In this document: positions 25,583 to 39,715 of the stretch, in pieces | How the letters are laid out: each line of letters begins with the position of its first letter | Numbering within the stretch: position 1 is the stretch's first letter | Source of the DNA: Mobula hypostoma | Lineage: Eukaryota | Direction of reading: 5' to 3' | Assembly: GCF_963921235.1 (NCBI RefSeq) | Contig: NC_086108.1 | Span: 75,456,001-75,520,000 of the forward strand | DNA: 64,000 nt | The notes under the pieces: model-generated | What the model was told of the DNA's origin: nothing | Database searches by the model: none | The model's input: only the letters and a program-made list of their open reading frames with translations | Translations under genes and position numbers: made by a program

Positions 25583-26594
25583 CAACAACATGTGGCCACA
25601 AGAGCCACTGTGCATCCTACAGCAAATAACATACTGATTTCATAATTTCTTTACCCATCTGCAAGCTTTAAATTTGGACTGTGATGGAAAATTCTCCTTT
25701 TACCTAGAAGAGTGCAGTTCCAGAAGCATTCAATAAGATTAATGCCAACCTGGAACTCTGAAGAAAGAGAATGCTTCAAGGCAAGTCAGGCAACATCTGT
25801 TGCAGGAGGAACTCTAACCTAACATTACAAGTTGATGACCTCTCCTTAGAAGTTGAATTAACTCAAGGTACAGCATCACATCTTCTGACTGGGCACATTA
25901 CATTCCAAAGCAATCAATATGAAATTCAAGAATTTCAAATAACCTGCTTGCCCAGTTTTTATTTGGAGCCCAGGACGGGATCTCATTTTAACTTGTAATA
26001 AGTCACCTAGCAGCACATCCACCAGAGCAAAATTTGTCAGATACAAAATAAAATGTTAACATGTTTAATAGAAAATGCAGAAACAGTACTGAGTGTTTTA
26101 ATATTTTATTGTGTGCTTTTAGCAACTGAGAGTTTCCAGCATCAGAACAAGCTCGTAAAACCAGCAGTTCCCATATTGTTGTACTCCACCACTGGTCTTG
26201 GCAAGCTCTGATCGAGGCAGCAATGAGATACAGGACATGAACTTGCAGCCTTTAGCTCATGGACACAGTGCTGCCAACTGAACACGACATCGGTCTACCG
26301 AGTGTGTGTCTGACACCTTTCAGATGCTCACTTCGAAGTGTAGAGACAAGTATAAGAAAACAAAACAGCACCAATCATTTCCTGCTGGTCTCAGCTGACC
26401 AGCAGCTGGAGATTTACAAGCTTTGGCCAATTAGCAAATTTCCCTCATGAAGGTATCTTGGGATTCATAGTATTAAGAATTTGCACTCTTACAGGAAAAT
26501 ATCAGCTTCTATAGAGAACATTAAGAAACGAGAAAATACATCATGCATAAAAAAAAGCAAATAGTCTTCTACAATCCGAAAGCAGAGAATGTGA

Positions 26595-27725
26595 CTTATC
26601 TAAGCATCACAGCTTGGTATGGAAACACCAATGCCCTTGAACGGAAAATCCTACACAAGGTAGTGGATACAGCCCAGTCTATCTCGGGTAAAGCTCTACC
26701 CACCACTGAAGACATCTACATGGAGCACTGTCGCAGGAAAGCAGCATCCATCATTAGGAACACCCACCACCCAGGTCATGCTGCTGCCATCAAGAAGAAG
26801 GTAAAGGAGTCTGAGGACTCATACCACCAGGTTCAGGCGGGATCTCCCAGTGGTCACCTGTTTCAATTCTACTTCCCATTTCCATTCCGGCATGTCACTG
26901 CCGTGATGAGGCCACACTCAGGTTGGAGGAGCAACACCTTATATTCCATCCAAGGAGGCTCCAACCTGATGGCATGAGCATCGATTTCTCATACTCCTCG
27001 TATTTCCTCTCCCCCAATTCTCGTTTCCCTATCTCACCTTATCTCCTTACCTGCCCATCACCTTCCTCTGGTGCTTCTCCCCTTTCCCTTTCTTTCATGG
27101 TCTTCTACCCTCTCCTATCAGATTCCTCCTTCTCCAGCCCTTTATCTCTTTCACCAATCAACTTCCCAGCTCCTTACTTCATCCGTCCCCCTCTCCTGGT
27201 GTCACCTATCACCTACCACATTGTACTTTTTCCTCCCACTTCCCACTTTATTGCCCTGACTTCTCATCTTTTTTTCCAGTCCTGATGAAGGGTCTTGGCC
27301 CAAAACATTTACTGTTCACTCTTTTCCATAGATGCTTCTATTGTGCTGAGTTCCTTCAGTGTTTTGCATGTGTTGCTGAGGAACAGTTATTGCCACTCAA
27401 CCATCGGGCTCCTGAACTAGAGGGGATAACATGCCCCATCACTAAACTGTTCCCGTAACCTGTGGACTCACTTTCAGTGATTCTTGATCTTGGTCTCGAT
27501 ATTCATTGCTTGCTTGCTTGCTTATTTTTTTTATATATATATATAATTATTTCTTCTTGTATTTGCACAGTTTGTTGTCTTTTGCACACAGGTTGTCCAT
27601 CCTGTTGGTGTGATCTTTGATTGATTCTACTAAGGTTATTGGATTTATTGAGTAAGCCGGCAAGAAAATGAATTGTATATGGTGATATACGTGTACTTTG
27701 ATAATAAATTTACTTTGAACTTTGA
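26595..27725 (+). mobile_element. Rex1-like 3' fragment carrying a nested Penelope 3' fragment (about 26837-27378)
   Basis: Host shows ITAWYGN..ERKILHKVVDTAQSI. Insert shows DLPVV..FNS, LEEQHLIF...LQPDGMSIDFS, a pyrimidine-rich UTR and a degenerate hammerhead. Confidence 0.85.
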
Positions 27726-29249
27726 AAGACAACAGAAGGAAATAAAACAGAAAACAAGTCTGAAGAGCAAGACATGTATAAAAAGAGCATCATTTTCAGA
27801 GGTCAAGTTCCTCTCCAAATATTGGGATTGAGTTTGATTCATTTCCTAGGGCTTTTGTTCTTTTGTAACCTCAAGGAAAATTTGTTTAGTGGCTGGGGTC
27901 TTAGAAAAACAAGAGCCACTTGTTCACAATGGGATAGTCAAGTTCTGCAGGAGGGTTTCTGTGGGCAAAGTGCTTCTTTGCAGAATTCATTGCTGCTCTC
28001 ACCTACGCAAAAATGCTAGAAATTAAACTATATATATTTATCCAAAGAGATCCATTTATGATGAGAAGTAGCAAGGGAGAGAACCTCTGGGGAATCATGA
28101 AAGACAGAAATTACTTCAAGTGTTTGAGAGAAAAAGGAAGCTATTTTTATTGATGATACTCCATTAAGTGTCTTTAAACTGTTTTGCTATATTAACGCTG
28201 ACATATAAATGGAAATTGTTGTTGATGTTTTATCTAGAAACAAAGGTTCTATTGTTAGGATTTCCAAGAAAAAGACACAAGATAGAGACATTCCCTTGAG
28301 TGCTGATTATGGAATGTGGAAAAGAGGGAATCTCCTTTTTTCAGGATACAGACATTGTTTTCGACAGAAGAAGGTTCTTTTGATGATCTGACTAACTGGT
28401 TCTGTAACAATGCTTTAAGAATAAAATCTACCCTGGACATTGGCCACAGCTCTTTCTGCATTCTGTCGAGTTCAATGGAAAAGAAATTAGGTAGTTCATT
28501 AAATAATCTGTTATTTCAACGTTGCCTATTTTGCATTGTCTGCCAAGATCAATTTCACCCTCAAATATCTTTTTGAGAAACCAGGCACAATATTACATGA
28601 AATCTGCTTTGTTAAAGGAATAAAGTAATAAATAAAGTAATTACTTAATCTATTTTATTCATTTTAATGTTAAAAGGGTATTTTTTTCAGACCCTGTTGA
28701 GATCTATACTATGGTTGATTGATGTGAGACCTTGTTCCAGCCTCCAATGTACACTGAACATGGCTTTCAAACACAATAGATTCCAACCTCTAGGCTAATA
28801 GCAAGAGTCATATTCTCAGCTGCTAGCATTTAACTGAGCAACTGATCCAGGAGGCAATTAGTGAAAACAAATCCCTCTACTTTGTAATTAAAGAACCACA
28901 TTTCATGATTTACCTGCAATGTGCACTTATCTGCCATCTTTCTTTTTGTAATCATTTATGGATTTTATGATGAATTCAATAATGTTGTATTTAGTGCTAA
29001 TTTTATACTGCTCACATTTTTCTGAAATTGAATCCACTTCTCGAGCCCAGCCAATATACAATGTGACACCCCAGATGCTGGTAACAGATATAATTTGAAA
29101 TGTGAGATTTCAATCCAGAGGTATATATCGTGAAATCACATGTACTTCATTAAACTTGACAAGCTGGGTATTATTAAGCATTTCTTGGAATTGCACTTGA
29201 GATAAAAATATATGTTGCTTTTTGGTAAAATATTTCAATCATTGCGCAA

Positions 29250-32200
29250 TTAATGATATGAAGAAGACGATGCCAGCAAACAACACCTCCACAGACAGCG
29301 TCCTCATGATGGTCCACAAAACTGCTTCCTTCACTTCCTTTATGTCTTCTTTTTGTTTCAGATGTGGTACTTTTGGGGTCTTTGATCTACAGTTTGGTGG
29401 TGTGTTTTCACAACATCAGCCTGGTTTGATTGAGTGATCTAGCGCTTTGCTGTCTCCAAGAGGGTTGCGAGAGGCGAGCAGCCTCTTTGAGTCCAAGAAG
29501 CTTGGAGAAGGGGCTCGCGCCCGTGATCGACTCCATTTCTCACCGATCTCACTGATTAATGTGCTGAGGAAGATTGAAAACATCGAGGTGAGTGTGGAAG
29601 GTGAGCGTGGAAGGTGAGCAGATTTAAATTCAAGCTTACCACTCAATTATTTGGGGACCATTCATTGCTCCTACCATGGTTGCCATGGCTAGAACACTGC
29701 CCAACTTCACGCAGTATGTGAGCTGTACAACCAGAGGGGAGAGGACTCTGGATTTGATGTACGCTAACGTTAAGGATGCATACAGCTCCTCTCCCCTCCC
29801 CCCACTGGGAAGGTCAGATCATAACCTGGTGCATCTAAAACCCTGCTACGTGCCCCTGGTGAAGAGTAAACCAGCAACCTCGAGGACAGTGAGAAAATGG
29901 TCAGAGGAGGCTTATGAGGCGCTCCAGGGTTGTTTTGAGGTGACAGATTGGCAGGCACTCTGTGAGCCACATGGAGAGGATATTGATGGGCTCACAGAGT
30001 GCATCACTGATTACATTAACATCTGTGTGGACTGCAATGTTCCAACAAGAACTGTCCTTTGTTATTCAAATAACAAGCCATGGGTGACAAAGGACATTAA
30101 GGACATCCTGAACGCTAAAAAGAGGGCGTTTAGAGATGGAAATAGAGAGGAGCTGAGGGCAATACAGAGGGACCTGAAAGACAGGATCAGGGAGGCTAAA
30201 GACAGGTACAGGAGGAAGCTTGAGTGGAAACTCCAGCAGAACAACAAGAGGGAGGTCTGGAGGGGGATGAGGACCATCACTGGGTTCCAGCAAACTAGCA
30301 ACAGAGGAGCTGAAGGCAGTGTGGACAGGGCCAATTTATTTAACCTGTTCTTTAACAGATTTGACATTGTAGCCCCTGCCCATCCCCCACATTAGCCATC
30401 TGTTGTCAGCCCCCAACCAACACATATTCCACTCTCCCTTCCTACCCCTCCTCACAGTCCCCCATCCTGCTCTCATGACTATACCCCTTCCCCACACGAA
30501 ACCACCACGGTGGGCTTCACAGCTGAACAGGTGAGAAGACAGCTGAAACGTCTCAACCCAAGCAAGGCTGCAGGACCGGATGGTGTCAGTACCAGGGTGC
30601 TCAAAGCCTGTGCCCCTCAGCTATGTGGAGTACTTCGCCATGTATTCAACATGAGCCTGAGTCTCCGGAGGGTTCCTGTACTGTGGAAGACGTCCTGCCT
30701 CGTCCCTGTGCCAAAGACGCCGCACCCCAGCGGCCTCAATGACTACAGACCAGTGGCATTGACCTCCCACATCATGAAGACCCTGGAGAGGCTTGTTCTG
30801 GAGCTGCTCTGGCCTATGGTTAGGCCACACTTAGATCCCCTCCAGTTCGCCTACCAGCTCCGACTAGGAGTTGAGGATGCCATCGTCTACCTGCTGAACT
30901 GTGTCTACACCCACCTGGACAAGCCAGCGAGCACTGTGAGGGTCATGTTTTTTGACTTCTCCAGTGCGTTCAACACCATCTGCCCTGCTCTGCTGGGGGA
31001 GAAGCTGACAGCGATGCAGGTGGATGCTTCCCTGGTGTCATGGATTCTTGATTACCTGACTGGCAGACCACAGTACGTGTGCTTGCAACATTGTGTGTCC
31101 GACAGAGTGATCAGCAGCACTGAGGCTCCACAGGGGACTGTCTTGTCTCCCTTTCTCTTCACCATTTACACCTCGGACTTCAACTACTGCACAGAGTCTA
31201 GTCACCTTCAGAAGTTTTCGGAGCAAGGGAGATGAGGCTGAGTGCAGGGCTATGGTAGGAAACTTTGTCACATGGTGTGAGCAGAATTATCTGCAGCTTA
31301 GTGTGAAAAAGACTAAGGAGCTGGTGGTAGACCTGAGGAGAGCTAAGGTACCGGTGACCCCTGTTTCCATCCAGGGGCTCAGTGTGGACATGGTGGACAT
31401 GGTACAAATACCTAGGGATATGAATTGACAATAAACTGGACTGGTCAAAGAACCCTGAGACTGTCTACAAGAAGGGACAGAGCCGTCTCTATTTCCTGAG
31501 GAGACTGAAGTCCTTTAACATCTGCCGGACGATGCTGAGGATGTTCTACGGGTCTGTGGTGGCCAGTGCGATCATGTTTGCTGTTGTATGCTGGGGCAGC
31601 AGGCTGAGGGTAGCAGACACCAACAGAATCAACAAACTCATTCGTAAGGCCAGTGATGTTGTGGGGATGGAACTGGACTCTCTGACGGTGGTATCTGAAA
31701 AGAGGATGCTGTCCAAGTTGCATGCCATCTTGGTCAATGTCTCCCATCCACTACATAATGTACTGGGTGGGCACAGGAGTACATTCAGCCAGAGACTCAT
31801 TCCACCGAGATGCAGCACAGAGCGTCATAGGAAGTCATTCCTGCCTGTGGCCGTCAAACTTTACAACTCCTCCCTTGGAGGGTCAGACACCCTGAGCCAA
31901 TAGGCTGGTCCTGGACTTATTTCATAATTTACTGGCATAATTTACATATTACTATTTAACTATTTATGGTTCTATTACTATTTATTATTTATGGTACAAC
32001 TGTAATGAAAACCAATTTCCCCTGGGATCAATAAAGTATGACTATGACTATGACTAAGTTTTCAGCGCCACCTGCCAGCCTCTCACCCGTTGCTGCCGGA
32101 AAAGGAGTCTTTCCCTTCCCCTCTTGCTTGCTGATCCTGAAGGACGGTCGCTGCATTCCAATAATCTTTCTCTCCCTCGATGCTGTTGGAGGATGGTGCC

Positions 32201-32560
32201 AGAACAAGGTTTAATCGACGTGGTTTGTGGATTAGACTGTAGTTCACATTATGATATATTTTCTGTTTTCTGGTCCCTCATTTTTCTGTTGCTATTTTTG
32301 GGCAACTTTGAATCAAGGTCACCTGCAGATAATGAACACTGAGCTGAACTAAATATGGACTCTTTCACTTTTGTGTTTTGTATTCTGTGTTTTTGCTCAT
32401 TCTTTTCTGTTACTTTTGTGCAGTTTGTTCTTTTGCACATGGGTTGGGGGAGGTGTGATGTTTTTCTTTGAATGGGTTTCATGGCTGTCTGTAAGGAAGA
32501 CAAATCTCAGGGATGTATACTACATTCATACTTTAGTAATAAATGTACTTTGAACCCTTT
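29250..32560 (+). mobile_element. Older non-autonomous retroelement (about 29250-29620 plus 32056-32560) split by the Rex1 insertion
   Basis: Both halves align in sequence order with the uninterrupted antisense copy at about 33050-33712 across the junction gaaggtgagc|..ttcagcgcca. Ends in a (TTGAAC)n-like tail. Confidence 0.65.
29676..32055 (+). mobile_element. Young 5'-truncated Rex1 LINE (EN C-terminus plus RT), inactivated
   Basis: EN motifs TRGERTLDL.YAN and LGRSDH. RT motifs KAAGPDG, YRPVALTS..MKTLERL, FFDFSSAFNTI and PQGTVLSPFLF. Premature TAG at 30393-30395, catalytic DD deleted near 31220, (TGACTA)n tail. Confidence 0.95.
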
Positions 32561-33049
32561 GAATCGTTCGAATGAACTTACCAAAAAAGAACAGAAAGTA
32601 ACCAGAATTTCACAATAATGTCAGCATGATTTTAAGCCTGTGCTGTGCCATATAAGTTTTACTTTGAGGTAAGTTTCACAAGGATAAAAATAAATATTTT
32701 GTACTCCACTTGCAATTGTAGAAATATTATGCCCTTTTCAGTCTCATATTGTCATTTTCAGAAAATCACAAAAAATTTACTCTGGGTTTGGTTTCATACG
32801 CAGATTTAAAGATAGATCACAAATATTCAGAAGCATACAAGAATAGGCCATAAGTTCTGTTTCATAGCATAAGTTCTGTTTCTAGGATTTCATATCTAAT
32901 ACTGTATATGTAATATCCTTTTTAAAAATATTATCACTTGATTACTTTAAAATTGTACGCCATTTATAAATCCCACAATGTGATTTATCCTAAAATATTC
33001 AGGTCTATGCCCAAAGATTTTCAATTGGATGTCTAGATTCTTTATAAGC

Positions 33050-33712
33050 ATAAAGATTCAAAGTACCTTTATTATAAAGTATACATGTAGTATACAACCG
33101 AGATTCATCTTCCCACAGGCAGCCACAAAACAAAGAAAGCAAACCATCGAACCCATTCAGAGAGAAACATCAAACACCCAATGCACTATAAAAAAGAACA
33201 AGTCATGCAAACATCAAATAAAAAGCAAAAAACAGAATATAAAACACTAAACCACAAATCATCAAACCAGTCCAGACATATTCAATTCAGCTCAGTCCAG
33301 TTCAAACTAGCACTGTGTCGTCATTAACTTCAGGCCGCAGAGCCAATGCACCCTGATCAAAATACGCAAAATAGCAACAAAAAAAGAGCAAAACACAGAA
33401 ACCAGAAACACATCCTAATGTGAACTATAGAGTCCGATCCACAAACTGCATCAATTAAACCTTGCCAAAGACTCAGATCTCCGGCAGCATCCTCCAGAAG
33501 CATCAAGCAAGAGGGAGAGGGAGACCATTTGAACGCAAGGATCTTCCTCTGGGAGCAGCGAGCAACAGGGAGGGAGAGACCAGTCACCCGCAGGCAGATG
33601 GCGTTGAACACCCGCTCACCTTCTGCTTTCGTCCTCAATGATTTCAATCTTTCTTGATGCTTTAATCGGTGAGATCAGCAAGAAGTGGAGTCAATCATGA
33701 GTTTGCGTCCCA
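33050..33712 (-). mobile_element. Antisense copy of the non-autonomous element that flanks the Rex1
   Basis: Reverse-complement similarity to 29540-29620 and 32056-32560, for example caaggtttaat.ga.g..gtttgtggat..gact.tagttcacatta. Confidence 0.65.
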
Positions 33713-34510
33713 TAAGACCATAAGACTTGGAGCAGAATTAGGCCATTCAGCCCATCAAGTCTGCTCCACCATTTCATCATGGCTGATCCCGGATCTCAGT
33801 CAACCCCATACACCTTCTCACCATATCTTTTGATGCCCTGACTGATCAGGAAACAATCAACTTCTGTCTTAAATATACCCTCAGGCTTGGTCTACACCAC
33901 AGTCTGTAACATTCCACAGATTCACTACTCTCTCTCTGGCTAAAAAAATTCCTCCTTAACTCTGTTCTAAAAAGTCACCCCTGAAGTCTGAGGCTGTGTC
34001 CTCTAGTTCTAGATACCCCAAACACAGGAAACATCCTCTCCACATCCACCCTATTTAGTTCTTTCAACATTTGGTAGGTTTCAATGAGATCCTCCTGCAT
34101 TCTTCTAAATTCCAGTGAGTACAGGCCCAAAGCTGCCAAATACTGCTCATATGTTAACCCCTTCATTCCTGGAATCATCCTTGTGAACCTCCTCTGGACT
34201 CTGTCCAATGACAACACATCCCCTTTCTGAGATAAGGGGCCCAGAACTGCTGACAATTCTCCAAGTACAGCCTGACTAGTGTCTTATAAAGTCTCAGCAT
34301 TATTTCCTTGCTTTTAATTTCTATTCCCCTTGAAATAAATGCCAACATTGTGTTTGCCTTCTTTACCACAGACTCAACCTGTAAATTAACCTTCTGGGAG
34401 TCTTGTGTAATGCCCTGGTTCATATTTTTTTACGCAGCCGACTGAGCTAGAGTGTTTCACTTGTATGAGGACTCCTAAGCCCCTCTGCTCCTTCGATGTT
34501 TGAACCTTCT
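33713..34510 (-). mobile_element. CR1 LINE 3' fragment
   Basis: VKKANTMLAFISRGIE.KSKEIMLRLYKTLVR..LE.C.QFWAPYLRK and VQRRFTRMIPGMKGLTYE, followed by the CR1 3' UTR. Confidence 0.9.
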
Positions 34511-35939
34511 CCCTGTTTAGATAGTAGTCGTCAACCTTCTTGGGCGCCAGGCCATACACTTTGCTCAGAACCTCAATGAACCCCCTCGTAAATAGCAAAG
34601 TGCCAGATTACTCAATCAGCCCAAAAACAGACTATCAAATTATAGATTACAGATCATAAGCCAGTAACTAATGAAAGAATGGCCATAGCACAGAAAGAAG
34701 CCACTTGTCCTCATTATGTCCATGGTAGTTCACTACCAGAAAAGCCACCTAAAGGTAAAGATTGTAAAGATCAGCTTTATTTGTCACATGCACATCAAAA
34801 TATCCAAACGTACAATGAAATGTGTCAGATCTACGTGTGTCACCATGCTTCCAATGCCAACCTAGCATGTTCAACAACTTACTAACCCTAAGTTAAACAT
34901 CCGCAGAATGAGGTAGAAAACTGCAGTACCTGGAGGAAATCCACATTGTTGTGAACAGAACCTAGAAACTCCTTACATACAGCAGAAGGAGTTGAACTTT
35001 GATCTTACAAATGGCACTATAAAGCATTACTGTAACTGCCCCTATTTCTATCTGTACACTATTTCTATCCATCAGCTGTTTTCCACCATGCATTTATCCA
35101 ATTCCAGCTTCAAGGCCACTATGGACGTGTCCCCTACACACCTACGGGCAGTGCATTCTAGGTTCTAACTACACGCTGGGTAAAATTTTAATTCATGTTG
35201 CTCTTAATTATCATCCCCATTTGCTTTATATCTGTAAACTATAGTCTTCAACTAGGATAATTGATGATAATTGTTAGGTTTCACCTATCACCTACCACTT
35301 TGCACTTTTTCCTTCCCTCCCCCACCTTCTTACTCATCTTTTTTCCCAGTCCTGATGAAGGGTCTCGGCCTGAAATGTGGACTGTTTATTCTTTTCCATA
35401 GATGCTGCCTGGCCTGCTGAGTTCCTCTAGCATTTTGTATGTGTTGAAGTTAACGGGACCCTATAAATAAAAGAGGACAAAGGAGAAGTTTTACCTACAG
35501 GCCTACAGGCCTAAGAGTTGGAAGCAGGGAATATAACTTTTAGTCATTGCAGACATACTGAGCTGAGATGTCACTTCATGTATTATAAATTTTCATGATT
35601 CAAGTTAACTTCCAGTGTACCTGTGCCAAAGGTAAGGTGCTTCAAAGTGTGTTTTATCATTCTAATTGTCTACTTTACAAGTTTATTATATTTCTATAGG
35701 AAATTTGATTTCAAAAACAATTACATTGCTACTAATGTTGTCAAACAAGTAGATGACAAGTTCAACCTCTTTCATCACTCTACTAATCAGCTGCTCATTA
35801 GCCCCAGAGAAGAAATGGGATCAGCATGGAGAAATTATCATCTAGTGTAATTTGAAGAGATAGTTCAGAATCAGAATCAGATTTAATATCACTGGTACAT
35901 GTCATTAAATTTGTTGTTCATTATCTGGTGTTTGAATTT

Positions 35940-36510
35940 GGCAGCACACAAAATGGTGAAGGAACTCAACAAGTCAGGCAGCACCTGGAGGGGAATGGTT
36001 GAGACCCTTCATCAAGATGGGGTATTTGTAGACGTCAGGGCTAGGGAACTTAAAGTTGTTGAAGTTTTGGAGAGCATGCAAAGTGCTGTGATGTAGGTGG
36101 GAGTGGACTGAACCAAGGAGGTCAAAATGGAGCTGAGTTAAGAAGATACAAGTTCAGTATATCAGGTGTAGGATTACTTTGGCAGTTTGGTTTGTGAATC
36201 TTGGATAGGAGGTAGAAGTGGACAATGTCCTCTTGGGAAGCACTGAGGTTGGAAGCTGTAAGAGGGAAATCTTCAGGGATGAAGAGGTCGGTTTAGTGCA
36301 GGAACCAGATGTCTGATACTTCTCAGTGGGGTCCTGGTTCAGGAACGGTCTGAGATCTGTCATTTGGCCCCTGCATCATAAAAGGCAGTCTGGCGGATTA
36401 CAACAACCAGTCCCGATGAAGGGTCTCGACCTGAAACTTCAACTATCCGTTTCACTCCATAGATGCTACCTGATTCGTTTTATTTCTCCAGCATTTTGTG
36501 TACTGCACCT
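35940..36510 (-). mobile_element. Internally deleted Penelope-like element with inverted terminal hammerhead units
   Basis: Minus-strand RT N-terminal remnants FYLLSKIHKPNC and LVQSTPTYI..FNNFKFP. Degenerate hammerhead unit on minus at 35940-36020 and on plus at about 36405-36510. Confidence 0.7.
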
Positions 36511-38559
36511 CCTATTTTTTTTGTTCCAAATTTAAGAAGCTCAAGTTAGATCTATAAACTTATGTTTTTGGCAATGGTCTTCCTAAAACAATGTTAAATG
36601 AACTCATATACAGTAAAAGTGCACAATTATCAATGTATTTTCTTCCATTTGACAAATTTCATATGATATCAAGATTATACTTATTATCTTGAGTAAATCA
36701 ACATATTTTCCCATAATATCATCTTTAACTCTATCAAAATTGGCCTTTGAACAAACCATGAGAAACAATAGCCATGCCTTAAAATACCTGAACAGCATTG
36801 CTAATAAATAAACAAAATAATTCCTTCAATATGGGGATGTATCATATTCAATAATTTCCGTACAAAATCATGTAATCAGAATTCCTCTTTTTAGCTATAT
36901 CATCTGTTAAAAAGAATTTGTGACAGCTTCTGCAACAAACTATCTGAACTATCTGCCCAACAGTTCTTGTCTGCAATGGTATATGCTACAGTGATTCTGT
37001 TACAGAGCTCTATCAATGATAAGCATTGAAATAAGTTCATTTGAAGACTATTGCCATCATACAGGCAACCCTGTTTTCATGGTATGAGCACTCAAGAGCA
37101 ATCAAAATTACAAATTATAAAGTTAAAATTCAGGACTATGTTACAAACAGATTTGCTGCCTGATTATCAGGTTCAGTTTTCTTCTCGGGAGAATTTTTGA
37201 AAAGTATCAGTTGAAATATACAATATTAGATTTCAATGGATCATCTTTCCAGCCTTTCAAGCACATGTCCACTTGATGGCCCTCAATACTCTTCTGTTCA
37301 GAGTTGGGCAAAGGATATTGTGTGGTAGAAATTAATAGATTGCTGATTTTCATACGGCTTACAACATAGAAAGAGGCCATTCAACAAATCACGTCTTTGA
37401 CAACTCTCAGTTCTAAATCCCCACCCCATTTCATCTACTTCATCTCACAAGCCCAACAGTTCCATTTGAATCCTCCTACCACCCACTTACCTACACTAGG
37501 GGTAATTTACAGTGTACTTTATATTTACAGTAACCTAACAACAAGCACATCTTCACATTTTGAAAAGAGACTGGGGCACTTAATGGGAAACTCACACAGT
37601 TACAGGAAGGATGTGCTAACTTCTGAAAAATAGCACCAGAGGTCAGGACCAGACCCAGGGCTCTGGAGCTGTGAAGTTACAACACTAACTGTTGCATCAT
37701 TCTTTAACTCATCTTGCAATAACTACAGTGCAGTTTACATTTACAATGAATTATGCACAAATTTTTAATTTCATAAATGTTTGATTGATCTTTAACTACA
37801 AATTGTAACACTCAGATTGTTTCTTTCCTATAAATGACTCATTTATCCTCCACTGGTGAACTTTATAATTGAAAGAAAATTGTGAATCTCACCTAGTTCA
37901 CCAATCAAAATGGCCCACTATCCTGTGAAATCTCATATCAGAGTTATTTGCCATGTTGGATTTGTGAAATGGAGCAATTTATTTCTGAAACATGCAAGAA
38001 CAATTTGCATTTACAGAAAAGCACTTCAAGGGCACCACCAAAGTGTAAGGATTAAAAGCTATCAGGCCAGAGGAGTAAAGATTAGTAGCTAATTTCTAGT
38101 TAGTCACATGTTTTTCTAGGATTATTTCAAAGGAATAGAAGAAAGGTAGAGATAACGGTGAAGTAAATGGGGGGAATCCAATCATACTTACATTAGGACA
38201 TGAGAAACTGAATCTGAAGTCAAAGGATTCAGAATACATTTATTATCAAAGTATGAATGCTGTATACAACCCGGAGATTTGTCTTCCACACAGACAGCCA
38301 TGAAACAAAGCAGAACTATGGGACCTATTCAAAGAAAAGACATCAACACCTCCCGCCCCCCCCCCCCCCACCGCCACACACACACAAGAAAAAAACAATT
38401 CAAGCAAATGGCAACTTAAAAAAAGAGAGCGAAATACACAGAATCCAAATCAAGGCCATCTTATTGTCAAACTATGTACAGTATATGTCACTATATAATA
38501 CCTTCAGATACATTTTCTTGTAGGCGTTCACAGAAAATGAAGCAAACTGTAGAATGAAA

Positions 38560-39110
38560 GCATTCTCCAGCATTCATTATGATCATTACTCTCACTTTGC
38601 CTCACCCACTTTCCCCTCATTCACCATATCCCTTGATTCACTTAGTGTCCAAAAACTATTAATCTCTTAAATATGTTCAGTGATTGAATATCCATGGCCC
38701 TTTGAGATAAAGAATTCCAAGTATTTACAATCTCCATCTCCTCAGTACTCCAAGCAATTTCTTCTCATCACAATCTAATTTGCCAGCCCTCTCTAGTTCT
38801 AGATGCTCTGGTTACAGGAAACCGCCTGTCAGTCCTTCTCAGAAGCTTTTATATGGGATAATCTCTGATTCTTCTGAACTCTCATGAGTATTGGGCCATC
38901 TTATTCATTTTCTTTTCATACAAAAACCTGTCATCCCGCAAATCAATATAATGAATCTATTATTAGTCCTCAGTAATTTTATTGTTCTTTAATACAGGGT
39001 CCAAGATAAAACATTCAGCTTCAGATGAGATCTTCCAAGTTCTACTTACTCCCAGCAAGACCTCCTTACTTTAATGCTCAATCTCCCTTGCAATATGGGC
39101 CAATGAATAA
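38560..39110 (-). mobile_element. Old CR1 3' remnant
   Basis: Degenerate similarity to the other minus-strand CR1 ends. Confidence 0.6.
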
Positions 39111-39715
39111 TTTGCACTTCCTCTCACCTTTCAAATCTACTCTTCATCTTTTTTTTTCTCCAGTCCTACTGAAGGGTCTCGGCCCAAAATGTCAACTGTT
39201 CTCTTTTTCATAGATGCTGCCTGGCCTGCTGAGTTCTTCCAGCATTTTGTGTGTGCTGCTTTTTTAATTATTGTTTGTACTTGTATGTTCACTTTCTGCA
39301 TTTGATGAAGCAAGCCCAGGCAAAATTGCCAGTGGAGGGGCTCTGTGAGGGGGGATGCACAAGGAGACAAAAGCACATACAGCAATAACTCATAATGATT
39401 TCAAAGACTGGTAAAGATTAAAAATAAGAGAGAAAAATGGGTCCACAAAAGAATTCAGGACATGACAAGAAGCACAGAGATAAAGAAAGTCAAAAGCCAA
39501 TGGTGGTTAAAAAAAAAGAATGGAGATGAGTAGTGAGTAAAACGTTGTGGGTAGAATAAAGCAAACAGAGTTTTGGACGTGGGACGTGGCAGTACTTTTT
39601 TGAGTTTGGTGGATTGGGACATATTTTATAATCAACAATGGAGGTCTTAATGATGTGGAGTAATATTTCAGCAGAAGATAGACTGAAGTACAAAATATCA
39701 GGAGATAGTCTTAGA

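Noticed and set aside
28345..28490. Plus-strand exon IQTLFSTEEGSFDDLTNWFC...
   Set aside because: Plausible acceptor but weak donor and no recognisable homology. It cannot be supported without RNA or homology data.
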